From positions 1-64,000 of the forward strand of contig JBDTZG010000023.1 in the NCBI GenBank assembly GCA_040005235.1: 64,000 nt of DNA, given 5' to 3'. A program made the translations under genes and the position numbers. This DNA is from Acidobacteriota bacterium (lineage in GTDB: Bacteria > Acidobacteriota > Thermoanaerobaculia > Multivoradales > UBA5704). This document shows positions 60,786 to 64,000 of the stretch, one piece after another; position 1 is the first letter of the stretch, and every line of letters begins with the position of its first letter. The notes below the pieces were generated by a model, which was given only the letters and a program-made list of their open reading frames with translations, had not been told where the DNA came from and ran no database searches.

Positions 60786-62318
60786 ATGATGTGCATCCGT
60801 CCCCTGCCCCCGTTCGTCCTACTGCTCGCGTTCTCGACCTTCGGTGCCGCGGCCCAATCGGGTCCCATGGAAGAAAAGCCCAAACCGGCGGCTCCAGAGC
60901 AACCGGCGCCGGTCGAGAAGAAGTCGGTGACCACCCATTCGGTCCTGCTCGGCGGCCAGCGCCTGGCCTATACCGCGACCGCCGGCACGGTCGTGCTGCG
61001 CGACGAAGAGGGTAAGGCGAAGGCGTCGATTTTCTCCGTGTCGTACGTAAAGGACGGCGTCTCGGACCCCGGCACCCGGCCGGTCACGTTCTGCTTCAAC
61101 GGCGGGCCGGGAGCCGCGTCGCTTTGGGTCCATCTGGGAGCGTTCGGCCCGCGGCGGGTCGAAGGAGACGCCGAGGGGTTGACTTATGCCAATCCGGCGC
61201 GCCTGGTCGACAACGAGTTTTCGATCCTCGATGCGACCGACCTGGTGTTCATCGATCCGGTCACCACCGGCTGGAGCCGACCGGCCCCGGGCGTCGACGC
61301 CAAGGAGTTCCACGGCTACGAAGAGGACGTCGCCTCGGTCGGCGAATTCATCCGGCTTTGGCTCGCCCGTAATCAGCGTTGGGCCTCGCCCAAAGTGGTC
61401 GCCGGCGAAAGCTATGGCACCACCCGCGCGGCCGGGCTAGCGTTCTACCTGCTGGATCGCTACGGGATTCAGCTGAACGGGGTGGTGTTGCTCTCCGCGG
61501 TGCTCAACTGGCAGAACCAGGAGTTCGCGACCGGTAACGACATCCCCTATCTGATCCACGTGCCGAGCTACACGGCCGCGGCTTGGTATCACCACCGGCT
61601 GGCGCCCGACCTGCAGAAAGACCTGCGCGCGGCGCTCAAGGAATCCGAAGCCTTCGTGCTCGGCGACTATGCGAGCGCGCTGCTTCAAGGCGACCGTCTG
61701 AGCGAGGCCCGGCGGCACGAGATCGCGACGCAGCTCTCCCGGTTCACCGGTCTATCGGTCGAGTTCGTCGAGCGGGCGAACCTGCGGATTGAGCTTCAAC
61801 GGTTCTTGAAGGAACTGCTCCGGAGCGAGGGAAAGACCGTCGGCCGGATCGACGCACGGCTCACCGGCCGCGATCTCGATTCAGCGGGCGAGGAGCCTGA
61901 GTTCGATCCGTCGATCGTCGGCTTCGGCGGTCCGTACGTGGTGGCGATCAACGACTATCTGCGCCGGGATCTAGGCTACTCAGAGGATGCGATCTACGAA
62001 CACCTGACGCGGAAGGTCAATCCGTGGAGCTGGGGCGACCAGAACCGCTACCTGGACGTGGCCGAGAGCCTGCGCGAGGCGATCACACAGAATCCGGGAC
62101 TCCACGTGCTGATCGCGAGCGGCTTCTACGACTTCGCGACGCCCTATTTCGACGCCTTCTTTACCGCGGCCCACATGGGGCTGCCGCCGGAGCTGCGCGA
62201 TCGGGTGAGGATTGAAAACTACGAGTCCGGGCACATGATGTACGTCAAACGCACGGAGCACCGAAAGCTCCACGAGGATCTGGTGCGCTTCTACAGGGAA
62301 GCGATCCCCGGACGCTGA
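60786..62318 (+). CDS. S10-family serine carboxypeptidase, exported
   Basis: FNGGPG, FIDPVTTGWS, GESYG, GFYDFATP, SGHMMY. Confidence 0.9.
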   Translation: MMCIRPLPPFVLLLAFSTFGAAAQSGPMEEKPKPAAPEQPAPVEKKSVTTHSVLLGGQRLAYTATAGTVVLRDEEGKAKASIFSVSYVKDGVSDPGTRPVTFCFNGGPGAASLWVHLGAFGPRRVEGDAEGLTYANPARLVDNEFSILDATDLVFIDPVTTGWSRPAPGVDAKEFHGYEEDVASVGEFIRLWLARNQRWASPKVVAGESYGTTRAAGLAFYLLDRYGIQLNGVVLLSAVLNWQNQEFATGNDIPYLIHVPSYTAAAWYHHRLAPDLQKDLRAALKESEAFVLGDYASALLQGDRLSEARRHEIATQLSRFTGLSVEFVERANLRIELQRFLKELLRSEGKTVGRIDARLTGRDLDSAGEEPEFDPSIVGFGGPYVVAINDYLRRDLGYSEDAIYEHLTRKVNPWSWGDQNRYLDVAESLREAITQNPGLHVLIASGFYDFATPYFDAFFTAAHMGLPPELRDRVRIENYESGHMMYVKRTEHRKLHEDLVRFYREAIPGR

Positions 62319-62351
62319 GGCCCTTTGCTCGATACGAGTTACGTGACCGCT

Positions 62352-63206
62352 TTACGCAATCAAACCGCGCAGCACGGCGAGGTTCTTCACGTGCCCCGCC
62401 TGGCCGTCGCCCGGTTCGGTTTCGAGCACCATCGGTACCAGGGCGAAACGAGGATCGGCGAGCAGGCGGGCGAACGCGGAGCAGCCGATCTCGCCCTCGC
62501 CAATGTGTTCGTGGCGGTCGCGGCGGGAGGCGAACGGCTTGGCCGAGTCGTTCAGGTGAAAGGCGCCGAGGGCGGGGCCGAAACGTTCCGCCGCCTCTGC
62601 CGCGAACTCCTCGTAGCCCGCCGGTTCGTGAATCGCGTAGCCGGCCGCGAACGCGTGACAGGTATCCAGGCAGACCCCCGTACGTTCGGGGAAAGTGAGG
62701 CGGACACGGATCGCCTCCAGCTGTTCCAGGCGCCAGCCGATCGTCGAGCCCTGCCCCGCGGTGTTTTCGAGCAGGACGCGGGTGCCGCGGTCCGGCAGGC
62801 CGGCGAAGATCTCATTGAGCGACGCTGCGGCACGAGCGACACCCTCCTCGTCGCTCGTGCCGAGATGGGCGCCGGGGTGGAGCACGAGACCCTCGATCCC
62901 CAGGTCGGCGCAGCGGGTGATCTCGTCGGCGAGGGCGGCCTTCGATTTTTCCAGGATCTCGGCGTCGGTCGCGGCGAGGTTGATCAAATAGCTCGCATGG
63001 GCGATCACCGAGCCGATCACGCTCCCGGTGCGGGCGGTGCGGAACGCCGCGATCTCCTCGGCCAGAATCGATCGGCCGCGCCACTGGTTGGCGTTCTTGA
63101 CGAAGACTTGGATCGCGGTGCAGGCGAGGGCGCAGCCGTTTTCGATCGATCGCGGCATGCCTCCCGCGGTCGAGACGTGGGCGCCCAGAGGAGGTAGGTT
63201 GGCCAT
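62352..63206 (-). CDS. nfo: Endonuclease IV (AP endonuclease)
   Basis: GAHVSTAGG, HASYLINLA, HPG, LENTAGQG, CLDTCHAFAAGY, HLNDS, DRHEHIG, LET. Confidence 0.95.
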   Translation of the reverse strand: MANLPPLGAHVSTAGGMPRSIENGCALACTAIQVFVKNANQWRGRSILAEEIAAFRTARTGSVIGSVIAHASYLINLAATDAEILEKSKAALADEITRCADLGIEGLVLHPGAHLGTSDEEGVARAAASLNEIFAGLPDRGTRVLLENTAGQGSTIGWRLEQLEAIRVRLTFPERTGVCLDTCHAFAAGYAIHEPAGYEEFAAEAAERFGPALGAFHLNDSAKPFASRRDRHEHIGEGEIGCSAFARLLADPRFALVPMVLETEPGDGQAGHVKNLAVLRGLIA

Positions 63207-63244
63207 AGAGGGGAATTGTACGCGGGCTGGTAGAGTGACGCGTC

Positions 63245-63994
63245 ATGTGGCGCAGAATCCTCCGCTCGGCGGGCCTGGTCGCCTATGCCCTCCTGGTGGG
63301 GCTGGTGTTCGTCGTCTGCGGCTACCTCGCATTTAGCGGCTTCGTTCGCAGCGGTACCACCACGGTGCCCAAGGTGGCGGGCCTGACGATCCTCGAAGCG
63401 GAAAATCTCCTGCGCGAAAAAGGGCTTCGCCCGGTGCGCGGCGCCTCCGACCGCTACGACCCCCAAGTTCCCGCCGGCCGGATCGCCGGCCAGTCTCCGG
63501 ACGCCGGATCTTGGGTCAAACGCGGCAGTGCGGTCGAGCTGGCGGCGTCGCGCGGGCCGCAGCAGATCGACGTTCCCGGCCTCACCGGCCGCGCCCTGTC
63601 CGCCGCGCAGTTCACGCTCGCTGCCGTGGGGTTGGGCGTAGGCAGGGCGCTCGCCGTCTTCGGGGCGGGAAATCCGGGCGTGGTGATCGAGCAGGATCCG
63701 CCCGCAGGAGCCGCCGTACCGCCCGCCACACCGGTCGACCTGCTGGTCGCCTTGCCGAGCGCGGGCGAGCGCTATGTGATGCCGGATCTGATCTACCGCC
63801 ACTATGATGACGTCCGCCCCGCGTTCGAGCGCCAGGGCTTCCGCCTGGGCAGCGTAAAATTCGAGCCCTACGAGGGTGTGGCGTCAGGTGTCATCCTGCG
63901 CCAGTTTCCGCTCGCCGGGCACCCGGTGAGCCATCTGGACGCGATCTCCCTGGTCGTCGCCACGGCCGATCGGCTGCCAGAGCCGCCACTCTGA
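63245..63994 (+). CDS. Membrane-anchored PASTA-repeat protein
   Basis: N-terminal TM helix and three PASTA repeats (VPKVAG, VPGLTG, MPDLIY). Confidence 0.85.
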   Translation: MWRRILRSAGLVAYALLVGLVFVVCGYLAFSGFVRSGTTTVPKVAGLTILEAENLLREKGLRPVRGASDRYDPQVPAGRIAGQSPDAGSWVKRGSAVELAASRGPQQIDVPGLTGRALSAAQFTLAAVGLGVGRALAVFGAGNPGVVIEQDPPAGAAVPPATPVDLLVALPSAGERYVMPDLIYRHYDDVRPAFERQGFRLGSVKFEPYEGVASGVILRQFPLAGHPVSHLDAISLVVATADRLPEPPL

Positions 63995-64000
63995 CTTAAA

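Overview
High-GC bacterial chromosomal window. The gene complement suggests Acidobacteriota (Thermoanaerobaculia-like), which is an inference. From left to right it holds: a partial catalase divergent from oxyR; two type II TA modules (BrnT with an XRE-HTH antitoxin, and YefM/YoeB); a proS-containing housekeeping run; a RuBisCO-like protein plus cupin pair resembling the MTA-isoprenoid shunt; NDH-2; and glycosylation-type genes (TMTC-like GT-C/TPR, DegT, second GT-C). Next comes a ~17 kb sigma54-controlled type IV pilus region. In it a unit of [exported M20 peptidase, conserved enhancer-like motif, sigma54 promoter, pilin] occurs twice in tandem, followed by pilD, a pilS-like kinase, an inverted pilV-W-X-Y1 operon with its own sigma54 promoter, and pilR translationally coupled to selA. 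The remainder carries an IYD-like nitroreductase, DsbA, tRNA-fMet, a stand-alone formyltransferase-A-T-TE NRPS converging on an MFS exporter and an Fe3+-type ABC importer, a Thr-type sulfatase-like gene with a PIG-L gene, lon, an S10 peptidase, nfo and a PASTA protein. The best candidates for an undescribed system are the duplicated peptidase-pilin unit (one peptidase catalytically altered) and the formylating single-module NRPS with a basic-amino-acid-like specificity code. No integrase, transposase or CRISPR array was seen. Start codons were refined by eye and are approximate.
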